From a phage, in sequence record PZ229304.1: 64,000 nt of DNA; one strand, 5' to 3'. The translations under genes were made by a program, and so were the position numbers. How positions within the stretch are numbered: position 1 is the first letter of the stretch; every line of letters begins with the position of its first letter. The notes beneath the pieces were generated by a model. It saw only the letters and a program-made list of their open reading frames with translations, made no database searches and was not told where the DNA came from. Below are positions 27,724-35,412 of the stretch, piece after piece.

Positions 27724-28573
27724 AATAATCCCCTTTAACATTAGATTTGTTGATAATGTTGCTTTCAAAAAATTGACGCAGGAAATCAAAGTTCTCTTTG
27801 TATTTTTCAATATTATTGTAACCTTCTGCAAGGCAACCAAAGAACAGTTGTTCTACATAATACAAAGGAAGTTGTGAAAGTGCAATTTTAAAATCAACTT
27901 CGCTTTGACTCATTAGATACTTAATAGGACGAACCAAACATTTAGCATCAGTTTCTTGCTTAATCATTTTAATAAAAGCTGCCAGGTTATTGATATAGTT
28001 GAAGTTAAGTGCAGCTTCGGTGTTGGCTTCTGTACCTTCATACTTTGCAAAGTACAGGAAAAACGTATCGTTTTCAACACCTTCTTTGTCTAAAATTTCA
28101 ATAAGTTTTTCTTCGTGTGTTCCTGTAATATTAACATCATCAATGAAAATCAGAGTTTTATTACCCCAGAAATCACGATTGATAGAGAAAGTGTCACCAT
28201 CGATCAAAGCCTTACGATCTTCTTTGCTAAGAAATCCATAATCATTGATATAACTCACTTTACGATGAACGATATCCCACTCCACTGCTTTACCTCCTTT
28301 GATAGAGATTAGGTAGTTGAGGTGATCTACAAAATGCTCAGATAACACTGTAGCTGCATTTTTCACATAATTATATGGAGATGGAATAACAACAAAACTT
28401 TCATTTACTAGTCGTTCTTCATATTTAGAAAAGAAACTTTCAGCCAGAATGCGTCCCATTCTTTTTGCTGCCTGGTTACTGCCAAACTTTAGTTTGGAAT
28501 AATCTGCAATGTTAAATTTTGCTTCCTTCAGGTTAGTAAAAGTATTAGCAAAATGTTGAATTTGATTACGCAT
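27716..28573 (-). CDS. Phosphoribosyltransferase (type I PRTase fold) domain protein
   Basis: 285 aa; KTLIFIDDVNITGTHEE matches the PRPP-binding motif (hydrophobic-hydrophobic-DD-x-x-TG-x-T) of type I PRTases. Confidence 0.5.
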   Translation of the reverse strand: MRNQIQHFANTFTNLKEAKFNIADYSKLKFGSNQAAKRMGRILAESFFSKYEERLVNESFVVIPSPYNYVKNAATVLSEHFVDHLNYLISIKGGKAVEWDIVHRKVSYINDYGFLSKEDRKALIDGDTFSINRDFWGNKTLIFIDDVNITGTHEEKLIEILDKEGVENDTFFLYFAKYEGTEANTEAALNFNYINNLAAFIKMIKQETDAKCLVRPIKYLMSQSEVDFKIALSQLPLYYVEQLFFGCLAEGYNNIEKYKENFDFLRQFFESNIINKSNVKGDYYV

Positions 28574-29222
28574 TAATAAGTTCCTCTTTTTTAAGTTTAG
28601 CCAACAAGTCTTCTGGATTAATAATATGACAGAACTTCATCCCTATGTCAACAGCTTTTCCATCATAAATCAAACTATCTCCAACGTGTAAAATCTCCTC
28701 TGGTGCGAGATCAAACGTTACCATTTCATCAAAAGAGAGTTTAAAAAACCTAGGATCTGGTTTACACAAGCAAAACTCGTCAGAAAAATGCATAAAGTCG
28801 AATGGTAATTTTGTTAAACCAGAATATACAGCTAAGAAACTACCTGGTACAAAATTAGTATTACTCTTAATACTCAAAGAGTAGGTTGAACTTAGCTCTT
28901 CCAACTTCTTGCAAAGTTCAGGATTCAATGTTGGAGGATGTTTTATAAACATTGCTAAACAGTCTCTTTTTAACCCATCCACTTTATCAAGATCAATATT
29001 CAAATGAGTAGAAAGTGTTTCCCAAGCATTCCTAGACGTTCCACAAATTCCTTTTTCTGCTTTTAAATCCAGGAGAGTTTTTACCTCTTTATATACGGTA
29101 GCTGCTTCTGCTTCAGAACAAGAGGCATACTCGGCAATAACCTTGTTGCGTTCTTCTGCATACAAAGGATTAGCAGTAATAAGAGTATTCCATACATCAA
29201 AAGAAATATGCTTAACAGTCAT
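28566..29222 (-). CDS. HAD-superfamily hydrolase-like protein
   Basis: Start set at MTVKH (GGAGG RBS); motif-I-like FDVWNTL (nucleophile Asp, second Asp replaced by Asn) and motif-IV-like VGDSLIYDG; 8-nt overlap with PRTase gene. Confidence 0.45.
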   Translation of the reverse strand: MTVKHISFDVWNTLITANPLYAEERNKVIAEYASCSEAEAATVYKEVKTLLDLKAEKGICGTSRNAWETLSTHLNIDLDKVDGLKRDCLAMFIKHPPTLNPELCKKLEELSSTYSLSIKSNTNFVPGSFLAVYSGLTKLPFDFMHFSDEFCLCKPDPRFFKLSFDEMVTFDLAPEEILHVGDSLIYDGKAVDIGMKFCHIINPEDLLAKLKKEELINA

Positions 29223-29391
29223 TTTTAATCCTCCGTCCAAAAGAATATCATCTGCTTAATTTTATTGATCTCTTGATGTAGTAACTTTCCAGCATGTGAT
29301 TGATCTTTAATATTGACAGCAAGAATTTCAAGCTCCGTTAGTTTTTCCTGGATAGCTTTATATTCATCATCTGTAAGCATTTTCTTCCCCT

Positions 29392-29583
29392 TTAGAATGG
29401 TAATCTTTGTATGTCACTTATACCCACACCAAGAAGTCTAGCAATATCCTTATCTAAAAGCAACTCTTTTTGTTCTAAAATGTTAATCAGATCTCCTAAT
29501 ACTTCTTTAATATCACGATCATTTTTAGCAACGTGACCACCTGCGGTATCAACTTTATCTTTAAAAACAAAATAATGATCCAT
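29392..29583 (-). CDS. Hypothetical protein
   Basis: Start set at the internal ATG preceded by GGAGGG. Confidence 0.3.
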   Translation of the reverse strand: MDHYFVFKDKVDTAGGHVAKNDRDIKEVLGDLINILEQKELLLDKDIARLLGVGISDIQRLPF

Positions 29584-29602
29584 AATACCCTCCATATAAA
29601 TA

Positions 29603-29626
29603 AAGGAGGCTTTCGCCTCCTTTTAT
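29603..29626 (-). terminator. Terminator hairpin AAGGAGGC-TTTC-GCCTCCTT after the ATPase gene
   Basis: 8-bp perfect stem; T-run follows on the minus strand. Confidence 0.5.
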
Positions 29627-29629
29627 CAC

Positions 29630-30790
29630 TTAGTAAGAACGACCACCAAACACATACTCTGTGTAGTTTTTACGTTCTTTGTTTTTAATAACAACTTCAA
29701 TGTTGTTGCCTTTATCATCGGTGAACACAAAGTGATAACCGTCACCACCCATTGTACGGATGTGTTTTTCATCATACGTCAGCAAGATACGGTCTACACC
29801 CCAGTAGTAGTCACCTTCTTCGTCTTTATCTTCTACGGTAACTACTCCTTCCATTTCAGGAAGATGCTCTTCTCCTGACTTATGATCTACAGCTACAACA
29901 TAACGATTACCGCTAAACAAACCTTGTGCTGTCATACCGTCAATATCTGTATCTGACGAAACATCTCCTGTACGATCTACACCGTTAACTTTCAGAAGTT
30001 TAACTTCTTTTGCAGCATAGCGGTGTTCAGTGATACTGATACCCATTAATGCAAGTGCATCAGAGAATTTGTCATTAGGGTAACGGTTAAGTTCTTCTAC
30101 TAAGGACTGAACAATATCAAAGTTCAAATCCACGGAAAGATTATAAAGCGTTTCAAAATCTGGTAAAAAGGCTTTGTTCTCCAGATTTTTAGCCAGATAG
30201 TCATCCATAGTAGCTTTAGGTAGTTTCTTATAGCTAAAGCTGTAGAAAATACGGCTAGGACGATTACGCAAAAATTCTGATACATAACCATCATTTTTAG
30301 TCAATACAAACAGCTTGTCGTAGCCACCTACACCATCCAGCAGGGTAAGCAAACCATCTTGTGCATCTTTTTCAGCATACAGTTTATCAAATTCATCGAT
30401 CATAATCATCACAGGCTGTGTGATTTTAGACATAAAATTGATAAAGCCTTCACCATTAAAAGCACTACCGATAGAAATAGTAGGAATACCCATTTCACGA
30501 AGAGCAGAAGACAGCATTTTAGCTTGCAAAGTTTTACCGCTACCTTTCGTACCCTCAAGGAGAACGCCTGTGTTTTTACCTTTGCGGCTAAGGAACGTCT
30601 TGATAATACGTTCTGATTTATCATCAGTATCACCGTATGTTACTGAAGGGACTTCCATATCGTTTTTAGGATACAGGAAGAACTCGCCACTTTGAGTAAC
30701 ACCTACACCAAAAGTTCCTGCTGGAATTTCTTCAATATCTGTACCAGATTTCTGACGCAGGAAGATTTGATTGCCGAATACTGTAAACAT
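29630..30790 (-). CDS. P-loop ATPase (AAA+-like), paralog 1
   Basis: 386 aa; Walker A GTKGSGKT, Walker B IMIDEFDK, LTKN sensor-like and NRPSRIFY (SRC-box-like) motifs; paralogous to 45807..46934. Confidence 0.55.
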   Translation of the reverse strand: MFTVFGNQIFLRQKSGTDIEEIPAGTFGVGVTQSGEFFLYPKNDMEVPSVTYGDTDDKSERIIKTFLSRKGKNTGVLLEGTKGSGKTLQAKMLSSALREMGIPTISIGSAFNGEGFINFMSKITQPVMIMIDEFDKLYAEKDAQDGLLTLLDGVGGYDKLFVLTKNDGYVSEFLRNRPSRIFYSFSYKKLPKATMDDYLAKNLENKAFLPDFETLYNLSVDLNFDIVQSLVEELNRYPNDKFSDALALMGISITEHRYAAKEVKLLKVNGVDRTGDVSSDTDIDGMTAQGLFSGNRYVVAVDHKSGEEHLPEMEGVVTVEDKDEEGDYYWGVDRILLTYDEKHIRTMGGDGYHFVFTDDKGNNIEVVIKNKERKNYTEYVFGGRSY

Positions 30791-30810
30791 AGTTTTCTCC
30801 TCTATTTAAT

Positions 30811-31281
30811 TTAGTCAGATTCCCAAATGTTGTCTTTCTTAACCCACATTCGTTGATTATCTGAACCTCTATAACGTTTCGTTGTTGGTTGATTCATATC
30901 ATACTTACCATCTATCACTATGTCAACCAGTTTTTTAATTTTCTCTGGAATTTCTTCAAAAAGATATCCTGTATATAAGACAATATCTTTTTTGTTTCCA
31001 AAACAATCTCTTACCTTCTCAAGAACATACTCTACAGTGTCAATGTTCTCTTTGTCAAGAGGTTCACCACCTAAAACTGTTAATCCTTTAATGAAAGGTC
31101 GAGATAAATCTTCCAAGATAAGATCTAATGTTTCAGCAGTGAACTCTTGTCCGTAGTTATACGACCAGGCTTTCTGGTTAAAGCAGCCACGGCAACCGTG
31201 GCTACAACCGCTCACCCACAAAGAGCATCTTACACCGTCACCGTTGAGCATGTCAACAGGTTCATATCCGGCGTAATTCAA
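30811..31281 (-). CDS. nrdG: Anaerobic ribonucleotide reductase activating protein (radical SAM)
   Basis: 156 aa; CSLWVSGCSHGCRGC radical-SAM cysteine cluster; close overall resemblance to E. coli NrdG; 4-nt overlap with nrdD. Confidence 0.85.
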   Translation of the reverse strand: MNYAGYEPVDMLNGDGVRCSLWVSGCSHGCRGCFNQKAWSYNYGQEFTAETLDLILEDLSRPFIKGLTVLGGEPLDKENIDTVEYVLEKVRDCFGNKKDIVLYTGYLFEEIPEKIKKLVDIVIDGKYDMNQPTTKRYRGSDNQRMWVKKDNIWESD

Positions 31282-33077
31282 AAGTGTTTCTCCCTTTCTA
31301 GTACCTCTTGCATTTTACCTTTATTATAAGGGCGAGAATTAGGGGCAGAAAGGTATCCTGACACTCTTCTGATTACAGATATGGATTCTTCTTCATGATT
31401 ACCGCAACTTGGACACTCGAAGCCTTTAGCTGTTGCCTTAAATTCACCATGAAAACCACATTTGAAACACTGATCTACAGGTTGGTTCACGCCAAAATAA
31501 GGAATTTTGTTGTAGGCATAATCTACAAGAGTTTCCAGTGCTTGCAAGTTATTTTTAAGGTTTGGTGTTTCTACATAACCTATGTTCCCACCATTACTAA
31601 TTTGTGCAAAACCTTCCTCATAATCCCACTTTTGGAACGGGGTAGTGTGCATCCACACAGGTTGATGGAAAGAGTTTGTCAAGTAGTCACGATCAATAGA
31701 ACCAGGATAGCGATCATTTAATGCTTTGGCAAATTTATAGCACAAGGATTCTGCTGGTGTTCCATACAAACTAAAAGCTAAACCAGAACGTTCTTTAAAT
31801 GTGCAACAGATATCCTTCATATATTGAAGGATGTTTTTACCCATTGCTTTTGGATTGGTGTTATTTGGGTATAAAATCTCCATAGCTTCTGCTAAACCTA
31901 CATAACCGATACTAATAGAGGCATAACCACCTTCAAATAGTTTACCAATCTCTTCATTAGCTTCTAGTCGAGCTAAAGCCCCTTCCATAAACAATGTAGG
32001 GTTTTGAGATGCTTTGGTATGTCTAATACGGTTAACACGTAGCATATGTGCCTTATACGCCATCTCCATATGTTGTTCCAACAGTTCAGTAAATAAGATG
32101 CCCTTTTCACGGGACTCTGCTGCAATGATAGGTAAGTTTAAAGAAACTACGCCTAAGTTGAAACGACCATCATATTTTTCACCTTGCTCTGTTGCATAGT
32201 ATGACAAGAAGCTACGGCAACCCATGCTTGTGACGCGACCATCTGAAGATCCTGTAACTTCTTTGTTTAAAGGTACAGAGATAAAATCAGGATAAATGCG
32301 TTCAGCACAACACTCCATTGCCAGTTGCTTCAAATCATAGTTTGGATCGCCAGCTTTCATGTTAACACCATCTTCCAAGAAGAAGATAACTTTAGGAAAT
32401 ACAGGAGTTACCCTATCTTTCCCTAAGCCTTGTTTGTGCACCATCAGGTAGTTTTTAGTGATCATTCTACCAAAAGCAGAGGTATCCAAACCTAAACTAA
32501 TTGTTATAAAAGGTGACTGACCATTTACACTCATTAGGGTGTTCACCTGGTAGATTAAAGTTTGCATTGCATCGTACACCTGTTTATCTACCATACGCAT
32601 AGCAATATCATAATCACCAACATCAGCATAGATTTTATTAAAACTTGCTTTAACGTATTGACTAAGCCCAGTATCAATATGTGCACAAGTTTGTCCACCA
32701 TATTGGCTAGAAGCTACTGCTTGAATAATTTGAGTTAGGACAGTAGTTGCTACACCGATAGATTTTGGTTTTTCAATATGTGCATTACCAATACGGAAAC
32801 CGTTCTCAAGCATATCTTGGTAATTTACCAGGCAACAATTAGTTAAAGGTGAGAGTAAATAATCTAAATCGTGGATGTGACCATACCCACTTTTATGCCA
32901 TTCTGCTAAATCTTCCGGTAAAATATGGGTCATTGCCATGTGCTTGCTTAGGATACCTGCTAGTAAATCTCGGTGAGTATTAACAATCATTGCAGGTTTG
33001 TTTGCATTTTCACGAGTAAATTCTTCGGATGTTTGTTCGAGGAATCCGATTACATCCTCATATAGTTTTTGGGTCAT
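31278..33077 (-). CDS. nrdD: Anaerobic ribonucleoside-triphosphate reductase (class III)
   Basis: 599 aa; C-terminal zinc ribbon (CFKCGFHGEF...CPSCGN) followed by glycyl-radical motif RRVSGYL. Confidence 0.9.
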   Translation of the reverse strand: MTQKLYEDVIGFLEQTSEEFTRENANKPAMIVNTHRDLLAGILSKHMAMTHILPEDLAEWHKSGYGHIHDLDYLLSPLTNCCLVNYQDMLENGFRIGNAHIEKPKSIGVATTVLTQIIQAVASSQYGGQTCAHIDTGLSQYVKASFNKIYADVGDYDIAMRMVDKQVYDAMQTLIYQVNTLMSVNGQSPFITISLGLDTSAFGRMITKNYLMVHKQGLGKDRVTPVFPKVIFFLEDGVNMKAGDPNYDLKQLAMECCAERIYPDFISVPLNKEVTGSSDGRVTSMGCRSFLSYYATEQGEKYDGRFNLGVVSLNLPIIAAESREKGILFTELLEQHMEMAYKAHMLRVNRIRHTKASQNPTLFMEGALARLEANEEIGKLFEGGYASISIGYVGLAEAMEILYPNNTNPKAMGKNILQYMKDICCTFKERSGLAFSLYGTPAESLCYKFAKALNDRYPGSIDRDYLTNSFHQPVWMHTTPFQKWDYEEGFAQISNGGNIGYVETPNLKNNLQALETLVDYAYNKIPYFGVNQPVDQCFKCGFHGEFKATAKGFECPSCGNHEEESISVIRRVSGYLSAPNSRPYNKGKMQEVLEREKHF

Positions 33078-33166
33078 TAATCCTCCGTGGAAAATAAAAG
33101 CCAGCTTAATGCTGGCTTTAGGGTGGATCTTTATTTTAAATCTTTTTCGTAAGATTGTCCTTGATC

Positions 33167-34117
33167 TTAGTCAAGGTTTTTGGTAATACGTGTACAACCG
33201 TCAGAAGTCAAACCGTCAACTTGAGTTTCCCAAGTACCATGAATATTTCGGAACAATGTTGTTACACCTTTTGGTTCATTAATAATGATTGCCATAACAA
33301 GTTTAGGATCGATAACAGACATAATCTTTTCCTCAATACCCTCTGTAATAACATTATTGCGCACAATATTAATTGCATCTTCTTGTACAGTAAGAACACT
33401 TACGTTCTTAAGAGTATATACCTGCTGTGTAGTGTAAATGATACGAACATAACTTACAGAACGAGTAGGCACAGGTTTACGCGGTCGGCGAAAACGTGGT
33501 TTTGGTGAAGATTCAGTTTTACTTTCATCTTTTGAATAATACTCCTCAAACAGTTTAGTAAATGTTTTTACATCAACTACAAACCGATCTTTCCGATATG
33601 GAGAATTCTTATGTGCACCATTAATACCACTGTTTTCATCGAAGAAAGTAATGTTTTCTTCAGTTGAATACATTAGATAATGATCTGCATTTTTCCAATG
33701 TGGTTGTGGACAACGAGGATTACAAACGGAAAGCAGATAATTAATATTTTCTTCCGTGGCCTCAGTATCCAGGAAACACGTATTATGCACAGTCAGTTGT
33801 ACTTTTTCAGCCATATCTTTTTCTTTATCTTCTTTAGCAAGATATTCAGTACGAATAATCTCCAGAAAACCTTCAGGTGTTACTTCCATAAATTTATATT
33901 CAGGATGAAGCTCCATATATTCAAACCCACAACCATCTAACTGCTGTAGGAAGTTAGGGTAGAAGAACAAATCATTAACACTGTGAATCAGATCATTGAT
34001 TTCTGCTTCAGTTGTGTAACCAAAACTCTTGTGAATTGCTTCGTTAAGAATATGCAGGATACCCATCTCTTCTGCTGCTTTTTTAACTTCCAGTTTATTA
34101 GCGTAAAATGCAATCAT
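33167..34117 (-). CDS. Hypothetical protein
   Basis: 316-aa ORF. Confidence 0.4.
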   Translation of the reverse strand: MIAFYANKLEVKKAAEEMGILHILNEAIHKSFGYTTEAEINDLIHSVNDLFFYPNFLQQLDGCGFEYMELHPEYKFMEVTPEGFLEIIRTEYLAKEDKEKDMAEKVQLTVHNTCFLDTEATEENINYLLSVCNPRCPQPHWKNADHYLMYSTEENITFFDENSGINGAHKNSPYRKDRFVVDVKTFTKLFEEYYSKDESKTESSPKPRFRRPRKPVPTRSVSYVRIIYTTQQVYTLKNVSVLTVQEDAINIVRNNVITEGIEEKIMSVIDPKLVMAIIINEPKGVTTLFRNIHGTWETQVDGLTSDGCTRITKNLD

Positions 34118-34134
34118 TATGTTCTCCTTCTAAA

Positions 34135-34569
34135 TTAGTTTAAAATTTCTTTTGCAATGGTAGAAGCAAGTTTTCCATCATATTGATTCGGATACTCTGC
34201 TTTAAGGTGTTTCATCATATCTGGCATTTTCTTGCCTGTCAAGGCAAATTCTTCAGCAATAGAGCGAAGATCATCTTCAGATAGCATTTCTGGCAAATAT
34301 TTTTCCAGAGTGGTGATATCACGCATAGCTCGCTCACACTTGCTAATGGAGGCATTAACTTTCTTAAGCGAGTCTAGTTCCTCTTTAGCGTGTGCAATAC
34401 CAATCTTAACAATGTTAATCATAATATCGTCTTCTGATTTGTTTAGATTTGCCTTTTGAGTACGAGCAAGGTCAAACTCACCAATAATATTAGTTAACAA
34501 AGCAAAAGCACCCTTGTCGGTTGTACGTGCTAAGATACGATCTGCTTTCATTTGTGTCACAATAGACAT
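34135..34569 (-). CDS. GatB/YqeY-domain protein
   Basis: 144 aa; C-terminal ...EYLPEMLSEDDLRSIAEEF...MKHLKAEYPNQYDGKLASTIAKEILN matches the YqeY/GatB C-terminal pattern (..YLP..LSeeE...a...MK.l......DGK.vs..vK..L). Confidence 0.5.
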   Translation of the reverse strand: MSIVTQMKADRILARTTDKGAFALLTNIIGEFDLARTQKANLNKSEDDIMINIVKIGIAHAKEELDSLKKVNASISKCERAMRDITTLEKYLPEMLSEDDLRSIAEEFALTGKKMPDMMKHLKAEYPNQYDGKLASTIAKEILN

Positions 34570-34581
34570 TCTATTCTCCTC

Positions 34582-35154
34582 TTATTTGCTAATGCTTTGA
34601 ATGTTATTTACAACACGGTTTATTGCCAGTGAAGCCCTAGGCTCTGCAATACCTGTTGCATAGATATAAGGATGACCTCTTGGAGACTCCCTCATACCGA
34701 ATGAACCTAATTCTAAACCATATTCATCCTCTACGTCAACCCCAATATTAGTGGGTACTAAATATGTTTTAACTCCATAATAAGTAGAGAAGAAACAGCG
34801 CATAGCGTTAGCATACTCTTCAATTGTAGCATCAGGGTAGAACTCAATCAACTCCAATTTCAAGAAAATATTAAAATGAGTATCATCTAAATTTTCTTCT
34901 GTACGGTAACATGGTGTTAGTGCCATATACGGATTACCTGCTGCAAATTCAAAACCATCCTTCTCCATTTGCAGGAAAGATTGTTCTGCACTGGCTACAT
35001 AGTATTTACCGTTAGGATGCCCTAATGGGCGATCCTCTTTATTTTCTGGTAGTGTGTACGCCAGTATATCAGCATCCACGAGATATGGAACTTCCAACAT
35101 TTGTGCAAACCGACCATAGTAATCAATAGCTTGAGCTATTACTGCAACATTCAT
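34582..35154 (-). CDS. Hypothetical protein
   Basis: 190-aa ORF. Confidence 0.4.
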   Translation of the reverse strand: MNVAVIAQAIDYYGRFAQMLEVPYLVDADILAYTLPENKEDRPLGHPNGKYYVASAEQSFLQMEKDGFEFAAGNPYMALTPCYRTEENLDDTHFNIFLKLELIEFYPDATIEEYANAMRCFFSTYYGVKTYLVPTNIGVDVEDEYGLELGSFGMRESPRGHPYIYATGIAEPRASLAINRVVNNIQSISK

Positions 35155-35402
35155 GATCGACCTCCATTGCGGAATGCACGTTTAGTAATGTTTGACATAG
35201 TGATCAAATCTTGAAGCGTCATATCAGGAAAATGCTGTTCAAGAACACCTTCAACAGCGCCTACAATATCTGATAACTCAATAAGTTGCATCAGTTTGCA
35301 ATCTTGATCAATAGCATCTTGAAGTTCATAAAGCTCTTCTTGAATCTTAGCAACAGAACCATATTCCTCTTTGCTAATCTCCTTCAAATGATACCCTGCC
35401 AC
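35151..35402 (-). CDS. Hypothetical protein
   Basis: 83-aa ORF, 4-nt overlap with downstream gene. Confidence 0.35.
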   Translation of the reverse strand: MAGYHLKEISKEEYGSVAKIQEELYELQDAIDQDCKLMQLIELSDIVGAVEGVLEQHFPDMTLQDLITMSNITKRAFRNGGRS

Positions 35403-35412
35403 TTTAACCCCC

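Noticed and set aside
28566-29240. ORF-track start at 29240 (MDGGLK) for the HAD-like gene
   Set aside because: No RBS precedes it; the ATG at 29222 (MTVKH) is preceded by GGAGG at proper spacing and places the HAD motif-I Asp near the N-terminus as expected.
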